A stretch of DNA of 59,696 nucleotides from Nitrososphaerota archaeon (GCA_032127635.1 JAQBHN010000037.1:1-59696); one strand, 5' to 3'. Counted from the first letter of the stretch, positions 30,050 through 40,350 are shown. The notes: generated by a model not told the origin, from the letters alone. A program made the numbers and translations.

Positions 30050-30256
30050 TTGTTTGTGGAAAGAAAGCAATTAACAGAAAAGGAAAAGGAAAAACAGAAA
30101 GAAGAGCAAGGATTAAGAGCAAAAGCTTCTCGTGCTGCTAGAAGAAGTGGTAAAAGTATGAAAACTGAAGGCAAGGTAAGCAAAGCAGGCGCAAAGACGA
30201 TAGAATCTAGATCATCAAAGAAGGTCGCAGCTGTTAAGAAAAGAACTAGAAGTTAG
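30050..30256 (+). CDS. Small Lys/Arg-rich basic protein
   Basis: 68-aa, very basic, low-complexity ORF after a TTTATCT box. Confidence 0.6.
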   Translation: MFVERKQLTEKEKEKQKEEQGLRAKASRAARRSGKSMKTEGKVSKAGAKTIESRSSKKVAAVKKRTRS

Positions 30257-30330
30257 GTATAGAAAAATATTTCGATTTTGCTTCAATATTTTTATTTAAT
30301 TTGTACTAGATGGATTCATACAAACCAGTT

Positions 30331-31005
30331 CTAGCGCATTAAAGTTCGCTTGTACATTTTTCTGCTCGCAAAAACAATGAGCAGACCCAGTCCAATTTCA
30401 ACTAGGGCAATCAAAAGTGTTGCAGAAAGAATATCCATCATAGCAGTCATCACTACGTCAGCTGAACTGCTTGTCAACTCCTGAATTTCACTTGCGGTGT
30501 ACTGGAATCCAAATGAATTCATTCCAATAATTATCTCAAGATACGACATTGTTTTCGCATCTATGGGTCCAAGATCTATAGGCATGGGGATTCCAGCGCC
30601 GCCAATTCCGCCCAAACTGTTCATTACGCCAGTCATAAGCAAATACGAAACAGAGGAACCAAAGATTATTGCAAAAACTATCAATGAAATTCCAAAGATC
30701 AGAGGTAAAATGTAAACTGTTTTTGCTTTAGTTTGGTAAGATTTTTCCTTTCTAAGTTTCAATATTTTTGGCTTGTCTTTTTTTGGCTTGTCTTTTTTTG
30801 GCTTGTCTTTTTTTGGCTTGTCTTTTTTTGGCTTGTCTTTAACATCCGTTGTTTCTTCGACGTCTGTTGGTTCTTCGACGTCTGTTGGTTCCGCTGCGCT
30901 ATCAGGAATCACATGTCTGCTTTTTTTCCAATTACACTGAGGGCAATAGTTAAGATCACCAGAAAGAGTGGCCTTACATCTTTGACAGTGTTCAGTTCTC
31001 TTCAT
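30331..31005 (-). CDS. Zn-ribbon membrane protein with repeat linker
   Basis: CQRC...CPQC, EPTDVE and KDKPK repeats, then TM helices. Confidence 0.8.
   Translation of the reverse strand: MKRTEHCQRCKATLSGDLNYCPQCNWKKSRHVIPDSAAEPTDVEEPTDVEETTDVKDKPKKDKPKKDKPKKDKPKKDKPKILKLRKEKSYQTKAKTVYILPLIFGISLIVFAIIFGSSVSYLLMTGVMNSLGGIGGAGIPMPIDLGPIDAKTMSYLEIIIGMNSFGFQYTASEIQELTSSSADVVMTAMMDILSATLLIALVEIGLGLLIVFASRKMYKRTLMR
30766..30840. repeat. Perfect 15-bp tandem repeat x5 (KDKPK)
   Basis: TTTTGGCTTGTCTTT five times in a row. Confidence 0.95.
30853..30888. repeat. 18-bp tandem repeat x2 (PTDVEE) plus a degenerate copy
   Basis: TTCTTCGACGTCTGTTGG twice. Confidence 0.85.
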
Positions 31006-31133
31006 TGTTTTTATTCCAAAATTACCCTACATCAATGCCAGTATGTAATAATGTTTAATGACTGACGGTTGAGGCTGAATGTGTCAAACTACTATCGGGA
31101 ATAAAACATACCAGATTTTATGCAGAGACGGGA

Positions 31134-31559
31134 TTATTTTACTATCAATACAGGCTTTTGGGATTTGTGAAGGACATAGTTTGACGTACTTCCCAAGAAA
31201 AGCTCTCTTGCAGCACCCATTCCTCTTGAACCAATTACAATCAGATCAAAATTTTGCTTTTCAGCAACATCAACAATCGTTTTTCCGTCATCACCGTATG
31301 ACACTCTATCAAAAAACAAAATCCCTCTTTTTGCTGCTATTAGTTTGGCTTTTTTCATAATTTTTTGAGCATGATCCAGTAGAATTTTCTCCAACGGGGT
31401 TATCGGATCGCCAGTTCTAGGTTTAACAATTCCTGCAACATAAAGTCCGGTGATGCTTGCATGTGATTCTCGTGCCATGTGGATTGCAACATCCAATCCC
31501 CTGAAAGAATTTGAGGAGCCGTCTAAAGGGACAAGAATTTTTTTTATTTGAAGCGTCAT
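31134..31559 (-). CDS. Universal stress protein (UspA family)
   Basis: ILVPLDGS, DLIVIGSRG, LGSTS...PVLIVK. Confidence 0.93.
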   Translation of the reverse strand: MTLQIKKILVPLDGSSNSFRGLDVAIHMARESHASITGLYVAGIVKPRTGDPITPLEKILLDHAQKIMKKAKLIAAKRGILFFDRVSYGDDGKTIVDVAEKQNFDLIVIGSRGMGAARELFLGSTSNYVLHKSQKPVLIVK

Positions 31560-31675
31560 GACATGAAAGGGCCAATTTTTAATTTAAAAGACCATTCAGA
31601 TTACCTAAGATGATTTTCATCTTTGATATTCTGGGAGACCATAAAATAAGGAATCAGACGGAAAATAATCACAAA

Positions 31676-32137
31676 ATGAAAGATGCCAAAACGATGACCA
31701 TTTCAGATGTAATGACAAAATCAGTGATTTCTGTAGACGCGTCATTGACAGTGAATGAGACGGCAAAGATGATGGAAGATGCCAAAGTCGGAGCAGTCAT
31801 AGTCATGGAAGACAACACGCCCATAGGCATTGTTACAGACAGAGACTTTGCAATAAAAATTGCAGCTCACGCATATCAAATCACCACACCCATCAAACAA
31901 ATAATGTCATCGCCGCTATTTTCAATAAATTCAGATGAAACGGTAAGAACCGCTGCAGATTTAATGCATGACAGAAAAATTAGAAAACTGCCAGTAATTG
32001 ATGATGAGAAGGTGGTCGGAATCATCACATCTACCGACATTGTCAATTTATTGGCCGTGTGTGTCGAAGATGACATGAGAGACATGTATTTTCATTCAGT
32101 AGCAAAAATCTACACTAATTACAGTCCATACAATTAG
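31676..32137 (+). CDS. CBS-pair domain protein
   Basis: ISDVMT, GIVTDRD, IRKLPV, GIITSTD. Confidence 0.9.
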   Translation: MKDAKTMTISDVMTKSVISVDASLTVNETAKMMEDAKVGAVIVMEDNTPIGIVTDRDFAIKIAAHAYQITTPIKQIMSSPLFSINSDETVRTAADLMHDRKIRKLPVIDDEKVVGIITSTDIVNLLAVCVEDDMRDMYFHSVAKIYTNYSPYN

Positions 32138-32145
32138 AAAATATC

Positions 32146-32391
32146 ATGGTAGTGCCAATAATCATCCTAGTAGCAATACCTGTTTTTCTCGGATTAGTGT
32201 ACATGCCACCGTTTGACATGCCAGTGGAAGAGCCAAAAGATAGTCCTGCAGGGATAGAGCCAAAAGTAATTCCGGAAGAACCAGATGTGAGTATTTTGTA
32301 CTATATCTTAATGGGTATTTGGTCACTGTATTTGATCAAAATTATTATTCAAGTAAAAAAAGGAACTTTCAAAGTAACTCAAAGATACTAA
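32146..32391 (+). CDS. Small membrane protein
   Basis: Two TM segments with a Pro/Glu-rich loop. Confidence 0.7.
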   Translation: MVVPIIILVAIPVFLGLVYMPPFDMPVEEPKDSPAGIEPKVIPEEPDVSILYYILMGIWSLYLIKIIIQVKKGTFKVTQRY

Positions 32392-32392
32392 C

Positions 32393-32503
32393 ATGAACAC
32401 AGCACCCTACTGGAAAAAAAATGTATGCTCAGACTGTAAAAGAATGAAATGTCAAAAAGGTTGTCTTTGTGATTGCCACCAATTGAGGGACAGAGTAAAT
32501 TAG
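32393..32503 (+). CDS. Putative Cys-rich microprotein (36 aa), not in ORF track
   Basis: MNTAPYWKKNVCSDCKRMKCQKGCLCDCHQLRDRVN; ATG 1 nt after the upstream stop. Confidence 0.55.
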   Translation: MNTAPYWKKNVCSDCKRMKCQKGCLCDCHQLRDRVN

Positions 32504-32572
32504 TTTTCTGCAGGTAGAAACTGGAACAAATTCTAAATTAGAATTTGATGATACACTCAATTAGGGGAATTC

Positions 32573-32824
32573 GTGTTTGTGAGTATGATTAGCGGGGCTC
32601 CAAAATACGTCATGATTGCATTTTTTGCGTTAGGTGTGTTGTTTGTCGGATTTTCATTGTGGGCGCTGTTCCTTACAGACATTCCACAAGAACAGTTTTT
32701 GGAAGATCCTAGATTTGAAGAAGAGTACGTAAAATATTACGAGTGGAACATTCTGTTTGGCACTGCATTGATTGGAATTGGTTGGGTTGTTGCATTTTTA
32801 GGTCGTAAAATGGCACGTAAGTAA
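32573..32824 (+). CDS. Small membrane protein (2 TM)
   Basis: Two hydrophobic helices. Confidence 0.7.
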   Translation: MFVSMISGAPKYVMIAFFALGVLFVGFSLWALFLTDIPQEQFLEDPRFEEEYVKYYEWNILFGTALIGIGWVVAFLGRKMARK

Positions 32825-33092
32825 AACAACAGGATTAGAATCCAACTAGCAATCACATTCTTCAATACATTCAAAATTATCCACAGGGTTAATTATCCCC
32901 AAATGTATTAAGATCTGATTATTCGGCATTTTACTACTGGTATTTCTTGTAAAATTATGAATATAGACTGGAGTATGCAAAATAATTACACACACGATGC
33001 ACGGTTTTTTGATATTTTATGAATAATGAACGTAAGCGTGTTGGAGATTCTACATAAGTAGATTTATTTTCAATGACTAACTAACAGGGACA

Positions 33093-34454
33093 TTGGCAAT
33101 TTTACCTATCGATAACGGTCGCTACGGCACAAAAGAAATGATGGATATTTTTAGCGAGCAAAAGAAAATAGACTATCAATTAGAGATCGAGGGGGCTGCT
33201 GCCATTTCCCAAAGTGAGATAGGAATGATCTCAAAAAGTATAGGCAAAGAAATTCACAGAGCGGCAATGTCTGGAAAAATAACTGCAAGGAGAATCAAAC
33301 AGTTGGAGGCAAAAAGTGATCACGACACTGCAGCTCTTGTAGAGTCACTAAGTGAGAAATGTAGCAAAAACGCCAAACCCTGGATACATTATGGATTAAC
33401 AAGCAATGATTTAGTTGATACTAGCAATTCCATGCAAATGAGAGATGCGCTGCAGATTATTGAACCAAAAGTTGCAGAAATGGCATCAATACTTGCAAAA
33501 AAAGCAGTAAAATATTCAAAGATTCCGGCAGTTGGCAGAACACACGGTCAGCATGCAAGTATCATTTCATTTGGATTAAAGTTTGCAAATTGGGCTGCAG
33601 AGATGGCAAAACATGTAGAGAGAATCGAGGAGATAAAGAAAAGAATTTTGATTTGCAAGACACTTGGTGTTGTAGGTACAGGTTCACTAATGGGTGCAAA
33701 ATCACTTGAAGTGCAAAAAAGAGCTGCAAAGCGATTAAAATTATTTCCAGCAGAAGTTACAACACAGGTTGTTCCCAGAGAAAGATATGCCGAATATGTG
33801 TTTGAATTGGCATTAATTGGTGCAACTTTGGAAAAAATTGCAATAGAGATTAGAAATTTGCAGAGAACAGAAATTGGAGAAGTTGCAGAGCAATTCAAGA
33901 AAGGGCAGATGGGAAGCAGTGCCGTTCCTGTAAAAAGAAATCCAATAAAGAGTGAACGAGTATCATCGTTATCCAAACTAGTGAGAAGTCAAGTTGCAGT
34001 TGCATTTGAGAACATTCCATTATGGCACGAGCGAGATCTTTCAAATTCAGCAAATGAACGATTTATTCTTCCAACAGTTTCAATTCTAGTCGATGAAATG
34101 CTTGAAACTATGACTAGAATTATTTCAAACTTGATGGTAAATGAGAAAAGAATTGTAGACAATCTATACATCACAAAGGGGCAAATCTTTGCAGAATTTG
34201 TTTTAGAAGCACTGATCAAAAAAGGCATACCAAGATTTGTAGCATACAAAGATGTTCAAAGGGTGGCATTTGAGGCAAATGACAAAGGAATGTACTACAT
34301 AGATGCAATCAAAAAGGATAAAGCATTTACTTCAAAATTGACAGACAAGGAAATTGAATCCATATTTTCACCAGAGAAACACCTTGGCGCATCACCAATG
34401 ATCATAAAAAACGTAGAAAAAACAGTCCAGAATACAATCAAGAGATTTATCTAG
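33093..34454 (+). CDS. purB: Adenylosuccinate lyase
   Basis: IHYGLTSND, GRTHGQHA, GSSAVPVKRNP. Confidence 0.95.
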   Translation: MAILPIDNGRYGTKEMMDIFSEQKKIDYQLEIEGAAAISQSEIGMISKSIGKEIHRAAMSGKITARRIKQLEAKSDHDTAALVESLSEKCSKNAKPWIHYGLTSNDLVDTSNSMQMRDALQIIEPKVAEMASILAKKAVKYSKIPAVGRTHGQHASIISFGLKFANWAAEMAKHVERIEEIKKRILICKTLGVVGTGSLMGAKSLEVQKRAAKRLKLFPAEVTTQVVPRERYAEYVFELALIGATLEKIAIEIRNLQRTEIGEVAEQFKKGQMGSSAVPVKRNPIKSERVSSLSKLVRSQVAVAFENIPLWHERDLSNSANERFILPTVSILVDEMLETMTRIISNLMVNEKRIVDNLYITKGQIFAEFVLEALIKKGIPRFVAYKDVQRVAFEANDKGMYYIDAIKKDKAFTSKLTDKEIESIFSPEKHLGASPMIIKNVEKTVQNTIKRFI

Positions 34455-35202
34455 TTTTTAGCAATGCCTTGTGGATTTTAGAGCCATACTGCAGTGCCTT
34501 CTTTCGTTTTGTACAAGAAATTTCTGGAACATTAATCTCGCTAGCTAATTTTCGTATAATGTGCTTACGATACAAGTCTTCAGAGTCATGAATTTTTTCA
34601 GATATAGGAACAGTTTTTGCATATTCAATAAATTTCTGTGAGAGTAATGGCTGCAGTATCTGTACTCCAAATTCAGATGAGATTAAATTTACAGCCTTCA
34701 TCATTTTTAGTTCGTTATCCAATTTGGCAAGCATTACTTCATTAATTTGAGATTTCCCTCCGGAAAACGCTTCGCGATAGGCATTGTAACCGCAAAATAG
34801 TTCGTCCACCCCGTTTGCAGTAACTACAGTATCAAGGTCTAAGCTGTTTGCAAGTTTAGAAACATAGTAAAATGCAATGCAATTTTCATTCCAGGATAGA
34901 TTGTCCGTCTTTATTGTTTGGTTAATTTTTAAAGAAATATCAGAAAAGGTATCCGAGTCAATTTCTAGAACATGGTGTGGATATTTCAGGTGTTCATTAA
35001 CTTCTTTTGCAAACAAGATATCATGCGACTCAGGAAACCCAATCGTCAATAGTACAATATCGTAATTCATGTCTGAGCAAATTTTTGAGATTAAAGTGCT
35101 ATCAACACCGCCAGAAAAAGCAACTCCAATTTTCTTTTCTTTAACAGTTTCAAAAATAGAATTTTTGATATTTTCAAGTAATTTTTCATTCATCTCATCC
35201 AT
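34447..35202 (-). CDS. Asparagine-synthase C-terminal (PP-loop) domain protein lacking a glutaminase domain
   Basis: VAFSGGVDS, NGVDELFCGY, RKKALQYGS. Confidence 0.85.
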   Translation of the reverse strand: MDEMNEKLLENIKNSIFETVKEKKIGVAFSGGVDSTLISKICSDMNYDIVLLTIGFPESHDILFAKEVNEHLKYPHHVLEIDSDTFSDISLKINQTIKTDNLSWNENCIAFYYVSKLANSLDLDTVVTANGVDELFCGYNAYREAFSGGKSQINEVMLAKLDNELKMMKAVNLISSEFGVQILQPLLSQKFIEYAKTVPISEKIHDSEDLYRKHIIRKLASEINVPEISCTKRKKALQYGSKIHKALLKTR

Positions 35203-35268
35203 TATCTCTCACACTCTCCAAATGGGTAATGAATCAATCTTTTAATTTAACGTTATTTCTAAAACATC

Positions 35269-35547
35269 ATGATGCGATTATCACAAATGGATATTGATGA
35301 ACAACTAAAGAATTTACCAGGCTGGAGTGTTGTAAACGAAAAACTGCACAAAGAATTTCAATTTGAGAGCTTCAACCAGGCTTTTGGTTTTATGACTAGG
35401 GCAGCTATGGAAATTGAGAAAATGAATCATCATCCAGAGTGGTTTAACGTATACAACAGAATCACCATAGATTTAACAACTCATGATGCAGGAGGGATTA
35501 CAAAAAATGATGTCAACCTGGCTAAAATTCTAAATTCTTTGAAATAG
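35269..35547 (+). CDS. phhB: Pterin-4a-carbinolamine dehydratase
   Basis: [22 protein letters not shown]. Confidence 0.92.
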   Translation: MMRLSQMDIDEQLKNLPGWSVVNEKLHKEFQFESFNQAFGFMTRAAMEIEKMNHHPEWFNVYNRITIDLTTHDAGGITKNDVNLAKILNSLK

Positions 35548-35616
35548 TTCTAAATGAAGAATTTTAGGCATAATAATTACAGAATTTATATTATATCCAA
35601 AGTCAGTTGACTTCAC

Positions 35617-36432
35617 ATGGCATCAAGTCCCACAATATTAGATTCAGATTTTCGATATATCGATAAGAAAGGAAACTTGCTAAAAACTAGAACTGAATTA
35701 ACAGTAGCACAGATGCTCACTTTTCTTGAGCAAGAATATGAATACAATCACAAAATAACATTAAAGAACGGAAATGAGGTTTTAGTTGATTTCAAAACAG
35801 AAAAAGGGTTGATCGAAGTAATTGATACAGATGAGGATATTGAAAAGTACAAGCAAATCAAAGAAGATTTTCCTCAAGATAAAGTAATGGCAATAGGACA
35901 TGCAAAATATGTCGCACAAATTAAAGAATTACAGGACGTGGTATTTTATGATAAAACGCCACAAACAGGTTCTATATTTTTAGAAGATGCATCATTCTCG
36001 TACGATTATGCACACATACTTCCATTAGTTGAAAAATGTTCCATCCTACACGGACACACATCTTCAGTAATGGTCGAATTGGTAGGGCAGATGAAAGACA
36101 ATCTTCTTTTAGATTTTGGTGAAGCTAAAAAAATAATCAAAGAAGTTGTAAATGTATTTGATCATAAATTTTTCATTAACAGAAAATATCTAAAGAAAGA
36201 AGATGACTCGCATTATCAGATTCAATTTGAGGGACCTAAAGGAATGTTTGAATTACAGGTTCCTAAGGACACAACATACCTACTAGAAGGCGAGGCTACA
36301 GTAGAAAATCTTTCAAGCGAGATCATCAAACTATTAGCACCCAAAATGCCATCAAACGTAGAAGCAGTAGGAGTTTACATCTATGAAGGTTACAATAAAG
36401 GATCTCACATCATTTCAAACATTTCAAGATAA
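35617..36432 (+). CDS. queD: QueD/6-pyruvoyl-tetrahydropterin synthase with a ~110-aa N-terminal extra domain
   Basis: YAH...CSILHGH, LDFG, FDHK, TVENL in the C-terminal part. Confidence 0.82.
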   Translation: MASSPTILDSDFRYIDKKGNLLKTRTELTVAQMLTFLEQEYEYNHKITLKNGNEVLVDFKTEKGLIEVIDTDEDIEKYKQIKEDFPQDKVMAIGHAKYVAQIKELQDVVFYDKTPQTGSIFLEDASFSYDYAHILPLVEKCSILHGHTSSVMVELVGQMKDNLLLDFGEAKKIIKEVVNVFDHKFFINRKYLKKEDDSHYQIQFEGPKGMFELQVPKDTTYLLEGEATVENLSSEIIKLLAPKMPSNVEAVGVYIYEGYNKGSHIISNISR

Positions 36433-36439
36433 TTAGAAA

Positions 36440-38758
36440 ATGGAACCTAAAATATCAGAGAAAGCATGGAATCCAGAATTAGAAAAAGAAATTCTAAAAC
36501 AATGGGACGAAGAAAAAATTTATGATTTTACACCGCAGGAAGACAACTATACAATAGATACACCCCCGCCATATCCATCAGGTAGGCCTTGGCACATTGG
36601 TGCTGCAGCACATTATTCACAAATCGACATGATTGCACGCACAGCAAGAATGGCAGGTAAAAATGTCTATTTTCCAATAGGAATTGACAGAAATGGGCTT
36701 CCAGTGGAACTGTACACTGAGAAAAAACACAAGATCAGAATGAGGGAAACGGAAAGAGGTGAATTTCTGAGCCTGTGCAGAGAAGCACTAGACGATTTGG
36801 AAGCTGAAATGATTTTCATTATGAAAAGTTTAGGCATTAGTGGTGATTTTGCAAACTACTATAGAACAGATTCAGAGGAATACAGAACACTTACTCAAGC
36901 TACATTCATTGATTTATGGAAAAAAGGGCAAGTGTATCTTGCAAATAGACCTAACAATTACGATTGGGTGTCAGGTACAACCATTGCAGATGCAGAGATA
37001 GTTTACGAAGATTTGTCCACAAAACTAGTTTACATGAAATTCAAAATTAAAGATACCGATAAGGAAATAATCATTGCAAGTACAAGACCAGAATTGCTTT
37101 GCGCATGCAGGACAATCATTGTAAACCCTGAAGATGAAAGATATACGCAGTACATCGGAAAGAAAATAATTGTTCCGATTACCAATGCAGAAGTAGAATT
37201 AAGAACGCATCATTCTGCTCAACAAGAATTCGGTTCAGGAGCTGTAATGGTATGTAGCTATGGTGATCAAAACGACGTGGCGTTGTTTAGAGAATTAGAG
37301 CTAGAAGAGATTGTCGCAATCGGGCTAGATGGAAGAATGACCGAGGTTGCAGGTGAATATTCAGGATTAAAACCAAAACAAGCAAGAACCAAAATCATAG
37401 AGGACCTGGAAACAAAAGGATTTCTAGAAAAAACTGAAGACATTGTCCACAGAACGCCAGTATCAGAGAGAAGCAAAGCTCCAATTGAAATTATTCCAAT
37501 GGAAGAGTATTATCTAAAACAAAAAGAAGCAGTGCCAAAAATCAAAAGTTTAGGACAAGAAATTACGTTCTATCCAGCAATGCATAAGCAGATTCTAATG
37601 AATTGGTTGGAATCCATCAACATCGACTGGCCAATTTCAAGAAGAAGATACTATGGCACTGAAATCCCAATATGGTACTGCAAAAAATGTTCAGAACCGC
37701 ATGTTCCTGAGCCCGGAAAATACTACAGGCCTTGGAGTGAAAAATGCCCCATCAGTAATTGTACCAAATGTGATTCCACCGAATTTGTTGGGGAAGAACG
37801 AACATTTGACACGTGGATGGATTCTAGCGTATCCCCACTTTTCATTAGTAAATTTAACAGGGATGATGAATTTTTCAAAAAAGTATACCCCGTATCGATT
37901 AGACCCCAAGCAAAAGACATTGTCAGGACTTGGTTATACTATACGCTTCTAAGATGTGAACAGCTAACGGGAAAGAAACCGTGGTCTGAAGCATGGATAA
38001 TGGGATATGGTCTGGATGAAAACGGGATGAAGATGAGCAAGAGCAAGGGAAATGCGATAGATCCTTTACCTGTAATTGAAAAAGTGGGTGCAGACACTTT
38101 TAGATTTTGGAGTGCAAGTGAGATTAATCACGGGCAAGATTTCAGATGCAATGAGCAAAAGATTGAATCAACTAAAAAATTCCTCAGCAAATTGTGGAAT
38201 GTATCGAGATTTTTGTCTAGTTTTCCAGTAATTGAATCAGGGAAACTTGCCGCATCAGATGAATGGATTTTATCAGAACTAGACAATCTAGTAAAAGAGT
38301 GTAAGAGAGGGTATGAAGAATACAACTTTTTCATTCCAGCAATCGCAATTAGAGAATTTACGTGGAATGTATTTGCAGCTCATTACATTGAAATGGTCAA
38401 AGCAAGAGCATACGGAATTGATTTTTCAGACGAGGAAAGAGACGGTGCAATATTTACACTGCATAAAACATTATCTACAATTTTAAAATTATTAGCGCCA
38501 ATAACTCCGTTTATCACCGAGCACCTTTGGAAGATATTGTATTCAAAGGACAGCATCCATAAAGAAAAACAAGTCACGCCAGAAAATCTTGAAGATCAGA
38601 GTGACATCACAAGGGGAATTTCAGAATTTAATTCAAAAGTTTGGAATGAGAAAAAATCTCAGAATCTATCATTAAAAGATTCAATCAAATTAGAAATTCC
38701 AGAATCACTAGAAGCATTCAAAAAAGATTTGAAATCCATGCACAATTTGTTGGACTAA
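36440..38758 (+). CDS. valS: Valine--tRNA ligase
   Basis: DTPPPYPSG, HIG (HIGH-like), DWPISR, DTWMDSS, KMSKS. Confidence 0.93.
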   Translation: MEPKISEKAWNPELEKEILKQWDEEKIYDFTPQEDNYTIDTPPPYPSGRPWHIGAAAHYSQIDMIARTARMAGKNVYFPIGIDRNGLPVELYTEKKHKIRMRETERGEFLSLCREALDDLEAEMIFIMKSLGISGDFANYYRTDSEEYRTLTQATFIDLWKKGQVYLANRPNNYDWVSGTTIADAEIVYEDLSTKLVYMKFKIKDTDKEIIIASTRPELLCACRTIIVNPEDERYTQYIGKKIIVPITNAEVELRTHHSAQQEFGSGAVMVCSYGDQNDVALFRELELEEIVAIGLDGRMTEVAGEYSGLKPKQARTKIIEDLETKGFLEKTEDIVHRTPVSERSKAPIEIIPMEEYYLKQKEAVPKIKSLGQEITFYPAMHKQILMNWLESINIDWPISRRRYYGTEIPIWYCKKCSEPHVPEPGKYYRPWSEKCPISNCTKCDSTEFVGEERTFDTWMDSSVSPLFISKFNRDDEFFKKVYPVSIRPQAKDIVRTWLYYTLLRCEQLTGKKPWSEAWIMGYGLDENGMKMSKSKGNAIDPLPVIEKVGADTFRFWSASEINHGQDFRCNEQKIESTKKFLSKLWNVSRFLSSFPVIESGKLAASDEWILSELDNLVKECKRGYEEYNFFIPAIAIREFTWNVFAAHYIEMVKARAYGIDFSDEERDGAIFTLHKTLSTILKLLAPITPFITEHLWKILYSKDSIHKEKQVTPENLEDQSDITRGISEFNSKVWNEKKSQNLSLKDSIKLEIPESLEAFKKDLKSMHNLLD

Positions 38759-38767
38759 TCAGGAAGA

Positions 38768-39385
38768 TTAATTTTTTGACGTATTCACAAGATTGATGAA
38801 ATATTTGTGCAGGGATGTGTCTCTAGTTAATTCAGGATGAAATGCCGTACCAATGACATTGCCTTTTTTTACTGCAATGATACGGTTGTTGAATTTTGAT
38901 AAAATTTCCACGTCAGGGCCCACGTCAGAAACAGATGGTGCACGAATAAAGACGCCATTGAATTTTGGAATATTTAGTGAATCTAAAGAAATATCAGATT
39001 CAAAGGATTCTCTCTGTCTTCCGAATGAATTCCTCTCTAATTTGATATCAAGAATGTCCAATAACGGCTGATCAGTCTTGCCAACAACACGATCATTTGC
39101 CGTATTTGACAGCATAATCATGCCAGCACAAATTCCAAGAACAGGCATCCCACCTTCAATTTTTTCCTTTATCACCTTTAGAGAACCGTTCACTAGAGAC
39201 AGTTGGCCAATAGTAGTACTCTCGCCGCCAGGAATTATCAAACCATCTAATTGAGAAATCTCTTCAGGCGTTTTAACACCAATTACCTTTCCGTCAATTC
39301 CCAACTCATCAATTGCAGATTTAGCCGACAAGATATTTTCTTGAACATCTCCCTGTATTGACAGTACACCGACAGTAAGACTCAT
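38768..39385 (-). CDS. pdxT: PLP synthase glutaminase subunit
   Basis: PGGESTT, GICAG, RNSFGRQ, FIRAP, FHPE. Confidence 0.95.
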   Translation of the reverse strand: MSLTVGVLSIQGDVQENILSAKSAIDELGIDGKVIGVKTPEEISQLDGLIIPGGESTTIGQLSLVNGSLKVIKEKIEGGMPVLGICAGMIMLSNTANDRVVGKTDQPLLDILDIKLERNSFGRQRESFESDISLDSLNIPKFNGVFIRAPSVSDVGPDVEILSKFNNRIIAVKKGNVIGTAFHPELTRDTSLHKYFINLVNTSKN

Positions 39386-40350
39386 GCTGATCCACCACGA
39401 TCCTGCATACGTAATTCCAGAGTGTTTACATCCAATCCCAGCATGGATTGTCTTTCATCAATCATTTTTTGAGCCTCCTTGACTTTGTCAGATTCATTCC
39501 AAAAAGTAGTAGCTAAAACTATTGCTCGTGCTCTTTCCTTCGCATCATCTGAATTGAAAATTCCAGAGCCGACAAATATTCCATCACAGCCAAGTGACAT
39601 CAGATATGCCGCATCAGCAGGTGTTGCAATACCACCTGCGGCAAAATTTACAACTGGCAATCTTCCAAGTTTTGCAGTTTGCTCAACAATATCATAAGAT
39701 ACTTTGAATTCTCTTGCCATTCTGACCAAATCTTGATTATCGCCAGAATCATAAATTGCCTTGATTGTTCTTAATTCGTCATTTACTTTTTTGATATGTT
39801 TGATTGCTTCTGCAACATTTCCGGTTCCAGGTTCACCCTTTGTTCTAATCATTGATGCGCCTTCTTCAATTCTTCTCAAGGCCTCAGCCAAGGATCTTGC
39901 ACCATTGACAACAGGCGTAGTAAAATCCCACTTCCAGATATGGCGAAGCTCATCGGCAGGTGTTAAAACTTCAGATTCGTCAATCATATCAACATCGGTT
40001 TCTTGCAAAACCAGTGCTTCATTGACATGCCCTATTCGACATTTAGCCATCACAGGTATTGTTACAGAATCCATAATTTCTTCAATAATTCTAATACTTG
40101 CAGTTCGTGCAACACCGCCGGCTTTTCTGACTTCAGATGGGAGTTTATCTAAAACCATAACAGAAACTGCGCCAGCTTCTTCGGCAATTAGAGCCTGTTC
40201 CACATTTGTAACGTCCATTACAACGCCATTTTTTAGCATGTGGGCAAAACCACGTTTAACAGTAGATGAACCGCGTAAAATGTCAATAGAATTCATTTTG
40301 TCACAGATTATTCCTTTAGCATCTTGTCTTTCTCCAGATAATGGAAGCAT
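39382..40350 (-). CDS. pdxS: PLP synthase lyase subunit
   Basis: [36 protein letters not shown]. Confidence 0.96.
   Translation of the reverse strand: MLPLSGERQDAKGIICDKMNSIDILRGSSTVKRGFAHMLKNGVVMDVTNVEQALIAEEAGAVSVMVLDKLPSEVRKAGGVARTASIRIIEEIMDSVTIPVMAKCRIGHVNEALVLQETDVDMIDESEVLTPADELRHIWKWDFTTPVVNGARSLAEALRRIEEGASMIRTKGEPGTGNVAEAIKHIKKVNDELRTIKAIYDSGDNQDLVRMAREFKVSYDIVEQTAKLGRLPVVNFAAGGIATPADAAYLMSLGCDGIFVGSGIFNSDDAKERARAIVLATTFWNESDKVKEAQKMIDERQSMLGLDVNTLELRMQDRGGSA

Noticed and set aside
30766-30888. Short regular repeats as a possible CRISPR array
   Set aside because: Units are contiguous with no spacers, are multiples of 3, lie inside a CDS, and there are no cas genes
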